A stretch of 63,949 nt of DNA, filler included, from an uncultured Methanosarcinales archaeon (lineage in GTDB: Archaea > Nanobdellota > Nanobdellia > Woesearchaeales > CAZKBD01), in NCBI GenBank assembly GCA_964550945.1. It is 4 parts of 4 records of this genome, joined end to end, with 100 filler letters (N's around TTAATTAATTAA, not from the genome) between each part and the next. Parts side by side here need not be neighbours in the genome. Positions count along the whole stretch, not along the records: positions 1 to 19,924 come from CAZKBD010000027.1; positions 20,025 to 38,766 come from CAZKBD010000029.1; 2 more parts are not named here. One strand, written 5' to 3'. The notes below the pieces were generated by a model that made no database searches, was not told where the DNA came from, and saw only the letters and a list, made by a program, of their open reading frames with translations. Shown in pieces: positions 17,579 through 29,966 of this stretch. The position numbers and the translations under genes were made by a program. Position 1 is the stretch's first letter, and every line of letters begins with the position of its first letter.

Positions 17579-18598
17579 TTAGAACACTTCTTCCCCTGGA
17601 TAGATAACTAAGCCGTTTTCTGTTATCTTCATGGGAAATATCTTTTGGGCGTGTTTTGTTGCCCTCATCTTGAAAATTTCCAAAGAACGCTCCCTAATGT
17701 CGCCTTTTCTTATATTGTAAAGCAAAATTACGCCATCTGTTTCAAATTCCATTATTGTGCTCTTATGTTTTTCAGGGTCTGGCTCCTGCTCAGAAGTCAT
17801 TAACGCAGTGCAGCCCCATTTTTGTATCACATCAAATAACGCCAGAACAGCTTTCCTTTTCTGGAATTCTGTCTCAAACAACAGAGTAAAGGCAGTCAAN
17901 NNNNNNNNNGTGATGCTGTCAATAACAAGCCTTTTTGCGTTTATGCCTTCAATGACATCCCTTACAACGCCTCCTCCAGCTTCCAAAACGCGTTCAACCT
18001 GCTCAGGCGTATAATATAATATAGCTAACTTTTTTTCATCTATCTTCTTTTTCAGATTCCAGTTAAACCGTTCAAAATCTTTCAGAAGCTTATCTTCATT
18101 TTCCTCAAATGAGATATAAACTCCTGGCTCATCATATCTTTCAATCCCATCTACCAGGAATTGCATGCAAAAAATGCTTTTGCCGCAACCAGCTCCGCCT
18201 CCAATAAGGTTCACTGTGTTTATCCTAAATCCGCCTTCCATGATATCATCAAGGCCAGGAACTCCGGTTGAGATCCTGTCTTTTGAGTATGTTTTTTGCT
18301 CGCCGTTTTTTCTCTTTAGTTTTGTTTTTATCGCTTCCTTGATAGAGGCCATATGAGGCTCTTTTTGCGTCTCTTTTTCTATTTTTTCACGAGGCTCTAT
18401 CTTACTTTCAATCGCTTTTACAGCGTCATCTTCTTCTCTGTGGACATGCAGCTTGCCGGTTTCTAAGGAAATATGCTCAGGAGCATCATCTTTCTCTTTG
18501 ATTTGAGGTTTTAAGAATACTGGTTTTACTTCTTTTGGCTTATCTTCTTCAAAATACATAGATGGCTTTTTCTTTTCTGCTTTATCCACAAGGCCCAT
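17579..18598 (-). CDS. KaiC/RecA-superfamily single-domain ATPase with a charged N-terminal extension
   Basis: RISTGVPGLD, GGAGCGKS, YISFEE, RLVIDS, LEIFKMRATKH. Spans the 10-N gap at 17900-17909. Confidence 0.9.
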   Translation of the reverse strand: MGLVDKAEKKKPSMYFEEDKPKEVKPVFLKPQIKEKDDAPEHISLETGKLHVHREEDDAVKAIESKIEPREKIEKETQKEPHMASIKEAIKTKLKRKNGEQKTYSKDRISTGVPGLDDIMEGGFRINTVNLIGGGAGCGKSIFCMQFLVDGIERYDEPGVYISFEENEDKLLKDFERFNWNLKKKIDEKKLAILYYTPEQVERVLEAGGGVVRDVIEGINAKRLVIDSIXXXXLTAFTLLFETEFQKRKAVLALFDVIQKWGCTALMTSEQEPDPEKHKSTIMEFETDGVILLYNIRKGDIRERSLEIFKMRATKHAQKIFPMKITENGLVIYPGEEVF

Positions 18599-18677
18599 AA
18601 TACGCACACTATATGATGTTATTAATAAATTTTTTGTTTTCGATAAATTTATTAACTTTCAAAATAATGGCAGTCGT

Positions 18678-19676
18678 ATGTTGGAAATTACTCTGGTGGT
18701 ATTATTGCTAACAATAGGCATTGTGCTTATCACAAAGGGCTCTGCCTGGATGACAGATTCTTTAATTCCTGTTGCGCAAAAGCTTGGAACCACCTATATA
18801 GCAGTAGCATCCATACTTGTTTCAATTATGCTTAGCATTCCTGAGGTATTTGTAGCGATATATGCGTTTTTTATGGGGCATGAAGGGATAAGCTTGGGTG
18901 TTATAATCGGCTCAATAATCTGCAATATTGGCTTGATGACTGGCTTAAGCGCAATGATAAAGCCTTTGTCAGTTGATTCCAGAGTTGTTATCAGAGATGG
19001 GGTTTATGCGTTTATCATCTCGTTTGTTGTTTTTTTGTTTGGGTCTGACTTAGCTTTTGATCGAACGGAAGGGCTGGTTTTATTGCTTTTATTTGTTCCT
19101 TATATCCTTAATGTGTGGTTCTTTGAAAAATGGGCGACAAAAAAAGCCAGAGCTGAAGAGTTAAAAGAAATAAAAGAAGAGCTTAATGTAATAGGCCTTG
19201 GAGGCTTTAATTTTAAGCCAGGGATATTTGTTTTTATTCTTGGCTCTGCTTTGCTCCTATTTGGATCTTATCTGTTTTCGGATTCTCTTATCAAGATTGC
19301 AAAATTAACAGGGCTGTCTGATGTGCTTATTGGGCTCACAATAGGAGCAATAGGCCCGTCAATCCCTAATATTGTTGCTGCTATAAGGGGAACTGTAAAA
19401 AATTATACTAAAATAGCGATTACAGAAACATTTGGCTCTGATATATTCACTTTGCTGGTTACCTTAGGGCTTCTTGCAGTAGTAGCCCCTTTCACAATAG
19501 ACAGCAGATGGCTTTATTTTGACATCCCTGTCATGGTTTTCATGACTGCTGTTATGATGCTTTTTATTTTTAAGGGGCATATAAAAAAAGAGCATGCTAT
19601 CTTACGCCATGAAGGTGCGATACTTGTTCTGTTTTACATTGCTTTTATCATTTTGAATATTTTGTATCTGGGTTAA
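18678..19676 (+). CDS. Sodium:calcium antiporter (CaCA family)
   Basis: Two alpha repeats (SIPE..GSIICNI; GPSIPN..GSDIF), about 10 TM. Confidence 0.9.
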   Translation: MLEITLVVLLLTIGIVLITKGSAWMTDSLIPVAQKLGTTYIAVASILVSIMLSIPEVFVAIYAFFMGHEGISLGVIIGSIICNIGLMTGLSAMIKPLSVDSRVVIRDGVYAFIISFVVFLFGSDLAFDRTEGLVLLLLFVPYILNVWFFEKWATKKARAEELKEIKEELNVIGLGGFNFKPGIFVFILGSALLLFGSYLFSDSLIKIAKLTGLSDVLIGLTIGAIGPSIPNIVAAIRGTVKNYTKIAITETFGSDIFTLLVTLGLLAVVAPFTIDSRWLYFDIPVMVFMTAVMMLFIFKGHIKKEHAILRHEGAILVLFYIAFIILNILYLG

Positions 19677-19924
19677 CTGATGTTGTTTTGCAATAGCCAA
19701 AAAAAATAATAGCCCCTCAAATTTAGCGGAAGACAGCACAATTTTCAGTTATTTTAACTTGATTTCTGCTGGTAGCCCTTACAAAACTTAGAGCTATTGG
19801 CATAAACTCTTGACATTTAGTAAGATGGGCTTGTTTAAACAGCTCTTTAATTCTTTCTTAAATATGATTTATTGCGATAATGAATGATTTAATTGCATAC
19901 ATTAATAAAACAACTCACAACCTT

Positions 19925-20024
19925 NNNNNNNNNNNNNNNNNNNNNNNNNNNNNNNNNNNNNNNNNNNNTTAATTAATTAANNNNNNNNNNNNNNNNNNNN
20001 NNNNNNNNNNNNNNNNNNNNNNNN
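19925..20024. other. Artificial contig linker
   Basis: N-run, TTAATTAATTAA (stops in all six frames), N-run. Confidence 0.95.
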
Positions 20025-23000
20025 CTTACCTCTATAATGTCAGCATAGTAGATAAGGCAGATAACAGAAACTCAACTCAAACAAGAAGAATAACACTAGA
20101 CTCAACAAAACCACAGATAGACTTCTCAACAGGAACAGCAGGCAACAACAGCTATTACAACAGAAACTGGATTTATGTTAATGTTTCTATTGCAGATGAC
20201 AATGCAAATGTAACAAGGTTTTATCTTTATGATTCAGCATTTAATCTGCTGAATAATACAAACTACACTGATGGAACAACTTATATTAATTTCAGCAGCC
20301 TGGCTGATACTAATAATATTTATTACTATAATGCAACCCATATCGACAAAGCAGGAAATATTAACTGGACAGATATAAGGGTTATAACATTAGATGATAC
20401 AGCTCCACAAATAAACTACAGCAATCCAACACCTGCAAACAACAGCAACCTATCGCAAAACAGCTTTACTGTGAATGTTACACATTTTGAGGCAAACAAG
20501 GCTCAAATAAGATTATACTTAAACAACAGCATAAACCAGACTATGGATTACCAACTAGACTGGACGAACTTTTCACTCGCTAACTTGCATGACGGCCTTT
20601 ACACATATTATGCATGGCTAAATGATTCTGTTGGCAATAGCAATCGAACAGAAGCAAGAACAATAAGGATTGACACAACAAGCCCTGCGGTTAATCTAAA
20701 AAGTCCAGACAATAATACATGGAGAAGCAATCTCACAAAAACAGTGCTGTTTGAATATAATGTGAGTGATGCTTTGCTTACAATCGCCAACTGCAGCTTG
20801 ATCATTGACAACAAAATAAATTATACAAATCATTCTGTTGAAGAATACAACACCCAAAACTTTACACAAATATTCTCCAGCGGCTATTACAACTGGAGCA
20901 TCAATTGCTCAGACACAATAGGCAATCATAACAATTCTGAAGAAAGGTTATTAAAAGCAGACTTAACATTCCCGTCAATTAGCAAAACAATCATTAATAA
21001 TACTAATTTGACTATCAACTCTTATATCTGCTTAAATGCAACTGTTGAAGACAGCTATTCTGGAGTGAACTGGACATTTGCGTATATTAAGCCTCCGAAT
21101 GGGATATCTGATGTTATAAGGCTGTACAATAATATAACTACATCATGTGATGTTAGTGATGCAGATGATATATATTCTGTTGAATACCGCCTTGGCCAGG
21201 TTGGCATTTATAACTGGACCATATTGTATGCAAATGACAGCTCTGGCAATATAAACTCCACTATAATTGGCTTAAGCTGGAACAGCACAAGCATAGGAAC
21301 TATTACAGTGAATATGACCTATCCGTCAAGTGATTTAGAAATAAACGAGTCTGAACAAAACATAAATTATACTTATAATCATACCTGCTTAGCTGTTTGC
21401 GATGATAAGCCGCAGAATTGCAGCGATGTTTATTTGTACGCCCAATATAATTTAAGCGGCGCTTCTGATATCCAGAACTCATCATCATACCTAGTAAATT
21501 TAAACAATAGCTATTATTGCGGGAATTTAACAGCAGGAGGCGATGGGTGCAATTATACATTCACAATACGATCAACAATGGATTCTGGCGCAACAAGATG
21601 GAGGGTATGGTGCCAAGCAGAGTCTTCTGATGTTGGCACCTATATATCTCATGAGGCTGTTAATATAACCATTAATGACCATCCAAGGGCTAACTTAACT
21701 TATCCAACCAATGGAAGATGGCTGCACAGCATTGAAATATTAAATGCTTCTTTCTCAACTGATGATCAGGCAATTTCAACTTATCTCTTTGAGCTGGATA
21801 ATAGCACTTATTTTAATTCTACCACTGTGTTATGCTCCAGCCAAAATCAAAATTGCACATTTAATACAACATCCCAAACAGAGTGTAATGAAGAAAATCT
21901 TGCTTGCTATCTAAGGCTTAATACATCTGATAGCGATGGATTAAGGAACAGCACTTATATCAATATTGGGATAGATAACACCGGGCCGGCATCAAGTTTG
22001 TTAAATCCAATTAATGGCACAAATATAACTGCTAATTATTATTTATTAAATTCATCTGTAATAGATAACGGCATAGGTATTAATGCAACTTCATTCATAT
22101 ACCGAGAAAATGAGGCGGATTCATGGAAATCTGCCTGTAATGACCTAGATGGAAGTTATGGCTTTAATTGTACATGGGATTTAGGTGGCTTATCAGACGG
22201 GACTCAATATCAGATTAGGGCATATTCTAATGACGGCTTCGGGAATCTTGGGAATAATGAAACAAGGTTTAATATTACAATAGATAGAAGGTCTCCAAAT
22301 GTCAGCCTTGAAAATCCGCAAAACAATACCTGGAGCAAAGAAAATGTGACTTTTTACTACAATGCCAGTGATATAACCTCCAATATTGCAAATTGCAGCT
22401 TAATTATTAATGGAAAACTCAATAGGACAAACACTACAATAACTGAAAGCGCAAGCCAGAATATTACTGGTTACAACCTTAGTGATGGAGCATATAATTG
22501 GAGCATTAATTGCACAGATACTCTAGGCAATCAAAATGGCTCTGACACTTGGAGAATAAATGTTGATACAAGCGGGCCAGATGCTTTAATAGACAGGCCT
22601 CAAAGCTCAACCAATATATCAGTCAGCACTTATCTTATTAATGCTTCTGTAAGTGATGGAGCAGGAATTGGAATAAATTCAACAGCATTCTATTACAGGC
22701 AAAATGCCTCTGCCAGTTGGACATTATTGGATATTGACATTGCACAGCCATACAGCTATAACTGGAATACTGGCTCATTAGCCGAAGGTAACTATTATGA
22801 GATAAGGGCTTATGCTAATGATAGCTTGGGAAATTTAGGAGCTAATGATACACATTATAACATAACTATTGACAGAACTAAGCCAATGATATTGCAAATA
22901 AGGCCTGATAATGCCACACAGGATATTGATGGAAATAATGTTTTATTTGAGTATAATGTGACTGATAATCTGCTGGGGATTGTTAATTGCAGCTTAATAA

Positions 23001-26000
23001 TCAATGGAACAGTAAATCATACTAATCGCTCTATACTTACAAATTCTATCCAGAATTTCAGCTTATCTGGCTTAAGCTTTAATGATTACGCCTGGAACAT
23101 AAATTGCACTGACTCAGCTGGCAATGAAAACAGCTCACTTATCCGAACTTTAATAGTGGCTCCTGATATCGATGCGCCTATCGTAAATATAACTGCGCCT
23201 GAAAATGGAAGCACGTTTTCATACAATGACATTACATTTAGCTATAATGTTAGCGACAGCCTATCAGATATTGCCAATTGCAGCCTTTATTTTAATGGAA
23301 CAAGGAACCAAACTAATAGCAGCGCAATAACTGAAAACCAAATCAACAGCTTTTTTGTTATGAATATTCCTGATGGAGATTATTTATGGAACACCAGCTG
23401 TATAGACAATGCTGCTGTACCAAATATCGGCTGGAGTAACACATTTATACTGACTATCCAGGAAGCTACTGCCATAATAGTGAATGTAACTGAGGACAGA
23501 AGGATATATGAAAAATTCGGGAATTCAGGCGATATAGCTAATATTACAATATTCACAAAAGACAGGTTTGGAAACATCCTGGTTACAAACCTTACTACAA
23601 ACGTAATCCTGGCTAATACAACAGTTCCCTGGTGGGATTCCAGCTTTCCTTATAGAAGATGGATAAATGTCACTAATAACCATACGGGGATTTTGGATGG
23701 GAATTATACAATAAACCATACAATTGACACTTTTGTGCTTGTCAATGCAAGCAAAATGCAGGCAAATGGCTCTGATCTAAGGATAGTGTTCTACAATAAT
23801 AATACAAATTCACTGATAGAGCTTGATAGGATTATTTTTAATGTTAATACCACTAACACGAGCATACTGTTTAGAACCCAAAGAAGCATTGCTGAAAATG
23901 CCTCGGATTTAGGCTATTACATTTATTACGGCAATTTCACAGTCAGAACAGCCCCAACAAACAGATCCAAAATTTATTTCTATTATGATGGGTTTGATAT
24001 CAATACTTTAAGCAAATATAACTCTACTTTGCCTTTTGAAAAAAATGACTTCACAGAAGATGATGATTCTAGCCTGGCTCATCAGGCTGCAGCAGGAACA
24101 ATAAAATATACTGGAACACAAAATAAGGGCAAGTCTATAAGATTGGAATCAGAAGCTATAAGAGACATGGTTATAGAGGCGCAGCAAAATGTTGAGGAAA
24201 GGCCTGGAAGCTCTTTATCAGCCTTCTTTGAATTTGGCGCCAGGATAAATGGAACTAGCTATTATTTATTCAACATACCCACTGACAGCATATTCAATGC
24301 AGAGATAGCCAGATTCAATAATGGGGTTAGATCATCAAATCTTGTAACAAAATCTTTAACTGATTACTCACTTGGCGCATGGCATTCAATCAAATTTATG
24401 GTGTATGAGACAAATAACTCCAATACAACTGCATTGAGAGTATTTATTGATAGCTCTGAAGCAATGAGCTACAATGATTCTGACCCATCCAACAGGCTGA
24501 CAAATTCAGGAGGTTTTGGAATTGGAAACAGCCAATTTGTAGGATATTGGGATAACCTAACTGTAAGGCGGTATGTGCCAGATGAGCCAACAACAAGAAC
24601 AGGCTTAGAGGAAGAAAAAATTTATTATACTCAAGGGCAGACAAACAGCCAGGGCGTATTCAACTTCAGCTTTGATACATCACCTTATAACCTTGAAAAT
24701 TATAGCATTGTGTCCTTAGCAACAAAACACCCATATTATAACGATGGTGTGGGTGTTAATTATTTCGAATTAAGGGCTGATTTAACCCCCCCAATATTCG
24801 GAACTGCATCTATGAAATCCACTATCTATAATATTGACAATGCGACTATTTTCATTAATGTTACAGACAGAATACTTGCAATTGACAAACTGATTATTGA
24901 GGGCAACTGGAGCGGCAGCTTAATAAATGTTACTGTGGCTGATAATTCGACTAACAGATACAACTTTACAATCTTTGAAGGAAATCTGACAGGCGGAGAA
25001 TTTATTTCCTATAGGTTCTTTGCAAATGACACGCAAGGCAACAGCAATAATAGCGATTATTATAATTTCAGTGTTGTTCGCTCTATAGCTAATATCAGTA
25101 TTGGTTATCCTGTATACGAAATAAACAGATATCTAAACAGGTCTTTCTTTATTAATGCTACAGTAAAATCAGTTAATGGATCTATTGACGAGTGCAATAT
25201 CAACATAACTTATGGTTCTGGCTTAAGTTTAATCGGGGCTAACAGGCAGAATATTGGAAATGTTTTTAACGGGACTTCAAGCGCTCAAATAGCATGGCAA
25301 TTAAATGGAACAACGGTTGGAAAGTATATAATCAATCTGACCACAAACTGCACTGAAGGAGATTACCGCAATTTCTCTTTAGCGCCTGTTGAGATAACCC
25401 CTTATTTAACTAATCTGACTGATAAACTTTATGGTGAAAAAACCACTATAAATGATATTGATTACTTCCACATCTCCACTGAAACTGAAGTTGATTGGTG
25501 GTTTAATCAGACAGAGGAATTAATCAATCTGAACTCTTCTGGAACTAATCAAGCATGGTTTAAAAATAAATGGGATATAATTGTAAATGATACAATAACT
25601 TATGACTTTAATAACATAACCTGGGATATACAGAAAACAGGTATAGATGCTGATAACTCTACATATATCCAGTTTATTGGAAGAACCCCTGATCAGAGTT
25701 TAAGGATCAACTACACAAAACGAGCACATGCTAATTCTAATCTAGATAACATAACTTTTACTGTACAAAATCTTGACAGCAATAACCTGGCTAATATAAA
25801 ACTGAGATGGGTTATCAAGGATTTTGATATAAACAATGATGGAGACAATGACACATTAAAATTAACAAACAGCTCAAATTACGAAGAAAATCATACAATG
25901 AGCTTGTCATCATTGGCTTATAACCAAAGCAACTTTAACAGCCCATATATTAGATTTACAGATCCAGATACAGATATAGAAGGTAGGATTTACTGGGAAT

Positions 26001-27781
26001 GGAACATGACTATAAATGATGTTAAGGCGATGCTGAATAATTTTTCATTTAAGGCTGGGGGTGAGGAGTTTACAGTCAACCTGACATTTGACTTGGGCAG
26101 CTTAAGCAGCGGCCAGATTAAGGGATTGGATCCAGGGGCAGGGCTTATCACTCCTGGATTAATAAGGAGGACCAGCACATTAAACAATATGGCTGCAAGC
26201 GAGGCTGGCACAAGCTACACTGATGTAACTCTGGCACTTACAGATAATAATGTCGCTACACAAGACTTTATTACTGTTAAGGTTAGTGATGATGTCCAGG
26301 TATTCAATATAATCAACCTTACTGAGGTGTCTATGTTTGATGATATATTCTTGGATTTGAGGGTTGATAGCATAGACTATACGCCTTATCCAGTGTTTGT
26401 ATTTGCGTACAATACTGATAATGCAACAGTCAATAGCGCACAATACGCAAACTACACGATAACAGATGGCGATGCAAATACATGGATACATATCAACATC
26501 ACTGACGTTGCGCACCTCCAGGATGGTTATGGGTATTTGAGGGTTAGGCTGGCTCCAAATGGCTCAGCGATTAGCAATAATAGAAAAGCGAATTTTGATG
26601 AACTAAGGTTTAATGTAACAGATAAGACTCCACCAGCAATTGCGCTATTGAATCCTGCCAATGATTACAACACCACAGATAGGATACTGGGCTTTAATTT
26701 TTCAGTTACGGATAATGTTGATATAAACTTAACCTGCAACCTGACAATAGATGGATTAGTCAATATATCATCCATTAATGTGACAAACGGTTCATACTCT
26801 AATCATACTATTGGAAATTTCTTAGAAGGCACACATTTGTGGAATGTAACCTGCTGGGATGATTACAATAATGTAAACGCAAGCTTGACTTACCCATTTA
26901 CAGTAATTGATGGCCCCACTAATATTACAGCAATATTGGATGTAGATAATATGAGCATAATATTGAACTGGTCTGATAAGGCATATGCTGCTTCATATGC
27001 AATACTTGTAACTGACGATTATTCAAGCAGCCAATTTACAATTAATGGAACAAGCACGGATTCAAACTGGACAGATAATAGTGCAAATCAATCCAGAACC
27101 AGATTTTACAAGATAACTACTATAAAAGGATCGGCTAATATCTCCAGTGATGTACCTGTAGGTAAATACGAGTTTGAGTTAGTCAACAATTCAGTATCCG
27201 GCTCTGATTGGAATCTAATTAGCATTCCGCTTAGATTGTTTAAATGGGAATTATACAATGGAACAAATGATGGCTTTGATTTCACAGTAAATCCATCAAA
27301 TTGCATTAAATCCCTATGGAGCTATAATAACTCAAATTGGTTTAGAGTAGATTATATCAATGGAAATTGGACTCCTGGCCAAGATGACGAAAACTTCAGT
27401 TATATAGAACCAAGTAGAGGATATTGGTTTGAAGTTAACACTACCTGTAATATCACTGTTATAGGAGAGATCCCTTCTGCAAATACAACTCTAGCCCTTG
27501 AAAGCGGATGGAACCTTATGGGATGGTATTCTGCAAATAGCTCTACTCTTCCAACAAGCTATAGCGATCCTTATCCCATCACAGTCAACCCATCAAACTC
27601 TGTAGATGCAATTGACAGGTATAATGCAATAACAGATACTTTTGAGGTAACTACCCATTATGATGATTGGGGATGGTGGCCGTCATGGAACAACCAGGAC
27701 TTTTTAGCTATTGACCCAACAAAGGGATATTATTTTGATGTTAATGCAGCAGCAACATGGGAGCATGATCCGAAGAGATAA
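20025..27781 (+). CDS. Giant surface glycoprotein (5'-partial, >2500 aa) with Ig-like repeats and a DUF2341-like domain
   Basis: Frame is open from the gap. Repeated DxTxP..NCSLxING..YNWSINCxD..GN units, WWDSSFPYRRWINV, dense N-x-S/T sequons, C-terminal GWNL motifs. Confidence 0.88.
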
Positions 27782-27782
27782 A

Positions 27783-29246
27783 ATGAAAAAAACACTTTTT
27801 ACCTGTTTGTTAGCGACATTATTAGTTGTATTAGTTGTGCCTATTATTTTTGCTATTCCTGTTCCCCATGGGATTGACGGCCATGTTTATGATCTTGATG
27901 GGATAACCCCTGCTGGAAATGCATATTTCAGCGTCAATGATACAACTACAGGAGAATATATCCAAGGCAGGACTAGAAGTAATGGCTATTACTCTGTTTC
28001 AATGGATGGCAGCAATGGGGATATAATTTTAGTTAAGGTTTGGAACCAGTATCATGAGAGCGCTATCAATCTAACCTTGAATGGAGTGATGCATGGTGTG
28101 GATTTATTGTTAAATATGAGCTGGCCAAATTATCCGCCTTCTATTATATCTGAACCTATACCTTACGCTTATGTCGGCAGACAATACAAATACGATGTAG
28201 ATGCTGTTGACCCTGAAAATGATACACTAAGGTATAGGCTAATTAAGTATCCGCTTGGGATGAAGATTTATGGTACAACTGGAATTATAACTTGGACTCC
28301 AAAAAAGAGAAACCTAGGGATTAATACAATCGTTGTTGAAGTAAGCGATTCCAACCTAACAGATATGCAAGTTTTTAATATAACTGTTCAGGATAAGGCA
28401 GCTCTTAGCACATTAAGCACAGCTGTTTCATCACCAGTAGAATTCCTTATTGAAAAATCTTCAGTTGAGAAGGTTGTCTTGAATGGGCTAATCGAGGGCA
28501 ACTATGAGGTTGGAGTTAATGAGCTTGTCGCAAAGCCTTATGGCATAATAAGCCCCACTAAACTTATCTACAAGTATATTGAAATGAAAGCTGACTTTAA
28601 AAACGCCATCCTAAGCTTTAAAGTTGATAAGGGATGGTTAGCGAGCAATGATGCAAATATTGAGGATGTGGCTTTGATAGGTTATTATGGTGGAGTATGG
28701 AGGGGGTTGCCTACAAAGCACATCAAAAGTTCAGAAGGATACGAGCATTTTGAAGCAGAAATCTCTAAATCAGAATATTTAGCCATATCATTAAAGGATT
28801 CTAAACTGCCTCTTAAAATATCACCTACAGGACCTACTGAAGAATATATACTATCAGGAGTAATATACGTGGATAGAAAACATCAAGCTGATATGGGTAC
28901 AGAGATTATAATCACCAACAGGAAAACCGGCCAATCAATAAGGGGAAAAACCGGATTTGCATCTAATTCAGGAGGATATTACACCATAATAAAAGGGAGC
29001 TTAGGAGATCTGATTGATATTGAGGTTATAGGGTCAATCAGCAAAAAGATTACTGTAGAGTTAGAGGGAGATAATTATAACTTAGACCTCTTTTTGAATG
29101 ATAACAGTCCGTGGACTAGTGGATTTGTTACAGCCAGTAAAACGGGATTATTAAGTAAAACATCATTGCCGATTGTTTTTATCTTTGTAACCTTATTTTT
29201 GATCTTAACTTCATTAGCTTATCTTAAAAAACGCCATAGAAAATAA
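27783..29246 (+). CDS. Membrane-anchored surface protein with cadherin/Ig and PGF-pre-PGF-like domains
   Basis: Signal peptide MKKTLF.., YKYDVDAVDPEND..GMKI..TGIITWTP, FKVDKGWL..WRGLPT, C-terminal TM plus basic tail. Confidence 0.8.
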   Translation: MKKTLFTCLLATLLVVLVVPIIFAIPVPHGIDGHVYDLDGITPAGNAYFSVNDTTTGEYIQGRTRSNGYYSVSMDGSNGDIILVKVWNQYHESAINLTLNGVMHGVDLLLNMSWPNYPPSIISEPIPYAYVGRQYKYDVDAVDPENDTLRYRLIKYPLGMKIYGTTGIITWTPKKRNLGINTIVVEVSDSNLTDMQVFNITVQDKAALSTLSTAVSSPVEFLIEKSSVEKVVLNGLIEGNYEVGVNELVAKPYGIISPTKLIYKYIEMKADFKNAILSFKVDKGWLASNDANIEDVALIGYYGGVWRGLPTKHIKSSEGYEHFEAEISKSEYLAISLKDSKLPLKISPTGPTEEYILSGVIYVDRKHQADMGTEIIITNRKTGQSIRGKTGFASNSGGYYTIIKGSLGDLIDIEVIGSISKKITVELEGDNYNLDLFLNDNSPWTSGFVTASKTGLLSKTSLPIVFIFVTLFLILTSLAYLKKRHRK

Positions 29247-29357
29247 CGCAATAAGTGAAAAATAAGTAAAATATTGCAAATACGCCCCACATGGACTATA
29301 CAAGCCTAGAAAGCATGCTCTGGATTTGTATCTTCTAGGAATCCATCAACCATACTC

Positions 29358-29675
29358 CTAACCTGCTGTTCTCTTCAAAGTGCGGATTCTTGTGCTTATC
29401 TTTTTTATCATCGAGCTTTTTGTCTTTAATTTTGCAATGGCCTTAGCCAATTCTTTATCGCCAACTATGTTAACAATCCAATTCCTGAAGTCATTCTTCT
29501 CTTCATTTACATGATGAGTGAACTGCTCATCAGACAATGATTTAATCACTTCAGGCAGTTCTCCTAAATTTTTTATAACAGAACCGTTGCTTGCCCAAAA
29601 AACCACTTCTGGGTTAACATCTCTTAGATAATTTCCGGCTTCTTCCTGACTCATCTCTTTTGCCAAATTTATCAC
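29358..29675 (-). CDS. DUF5752-like small protein
   Basis: F..NG..IKNL.EL...F.HHVNEEKNDF.NW motif; in the GH57 operon. Confidence 0.75.
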   Translation of the reverse strand: MINLAKEMSQEEAGNYLRDVNPEVVFWASNGSVIKNLGELPEVIKSLSDEQFTHHVNEEKNDFRNWIVNIVGDKELAKAIAKLKTKSSMIKKISTRIRTLKRTAG

Positions 29676-29681
29676 CTCTTT

Positions 29682-29966
29682 TTATTCCATGAATTTATTT
29701 AATACATGCTTCATTACAGACAGTTGGATCTCCATCTGGCTTTTCTTTTTTGCGATATCCTCTGCTAGCTTATTTTCGTTGAAGATGTCTCTTACCCAGT
29801 TGCTGAAGTCATTCTTCTCCTCATTTACATGATGGTTAAAAATATCATTGGGCATATCGTCCAAAGCATAAGCTAAATCAGCTATACTGCCCAACTTTCT
29901 CCCATCTGCAACTACAAACTGCTCTTCTTCTTGCGCTTCTTGAATTATATCTTCTTTTTTTTTCAT
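29682..29966 (-). CDS. DUF5752-like small protein (paralog)
   Basis: FNHHVNEEKNDFSNWVRD. Confidence 0.75.
   Translation of the reverse strand: MKKKEDIIQEAQEEEQFVVADGRKLGSIADLAYALDDMPNDIFNHHVNEEKNDFSNWVRDIFNENKLAEDIAKKKSQMEIQLSVMKHVLNKFME

Noticed and set aside
17900..17909. Insertion or frameshift in the KaiC-like ATPase
   Set aside because: It is a 10-N assembly gap at the IDS(I/L)TAF motif, so no biological conclusion is possible.
19925..20024. TTAATTAATTAA motif repeated three times in the window (also 38811 and 57238)
   Set aside because: Always flanked by N-runs in identical 100-bp blocks. It is an artificial six-frame-stop contig linker, not biology.
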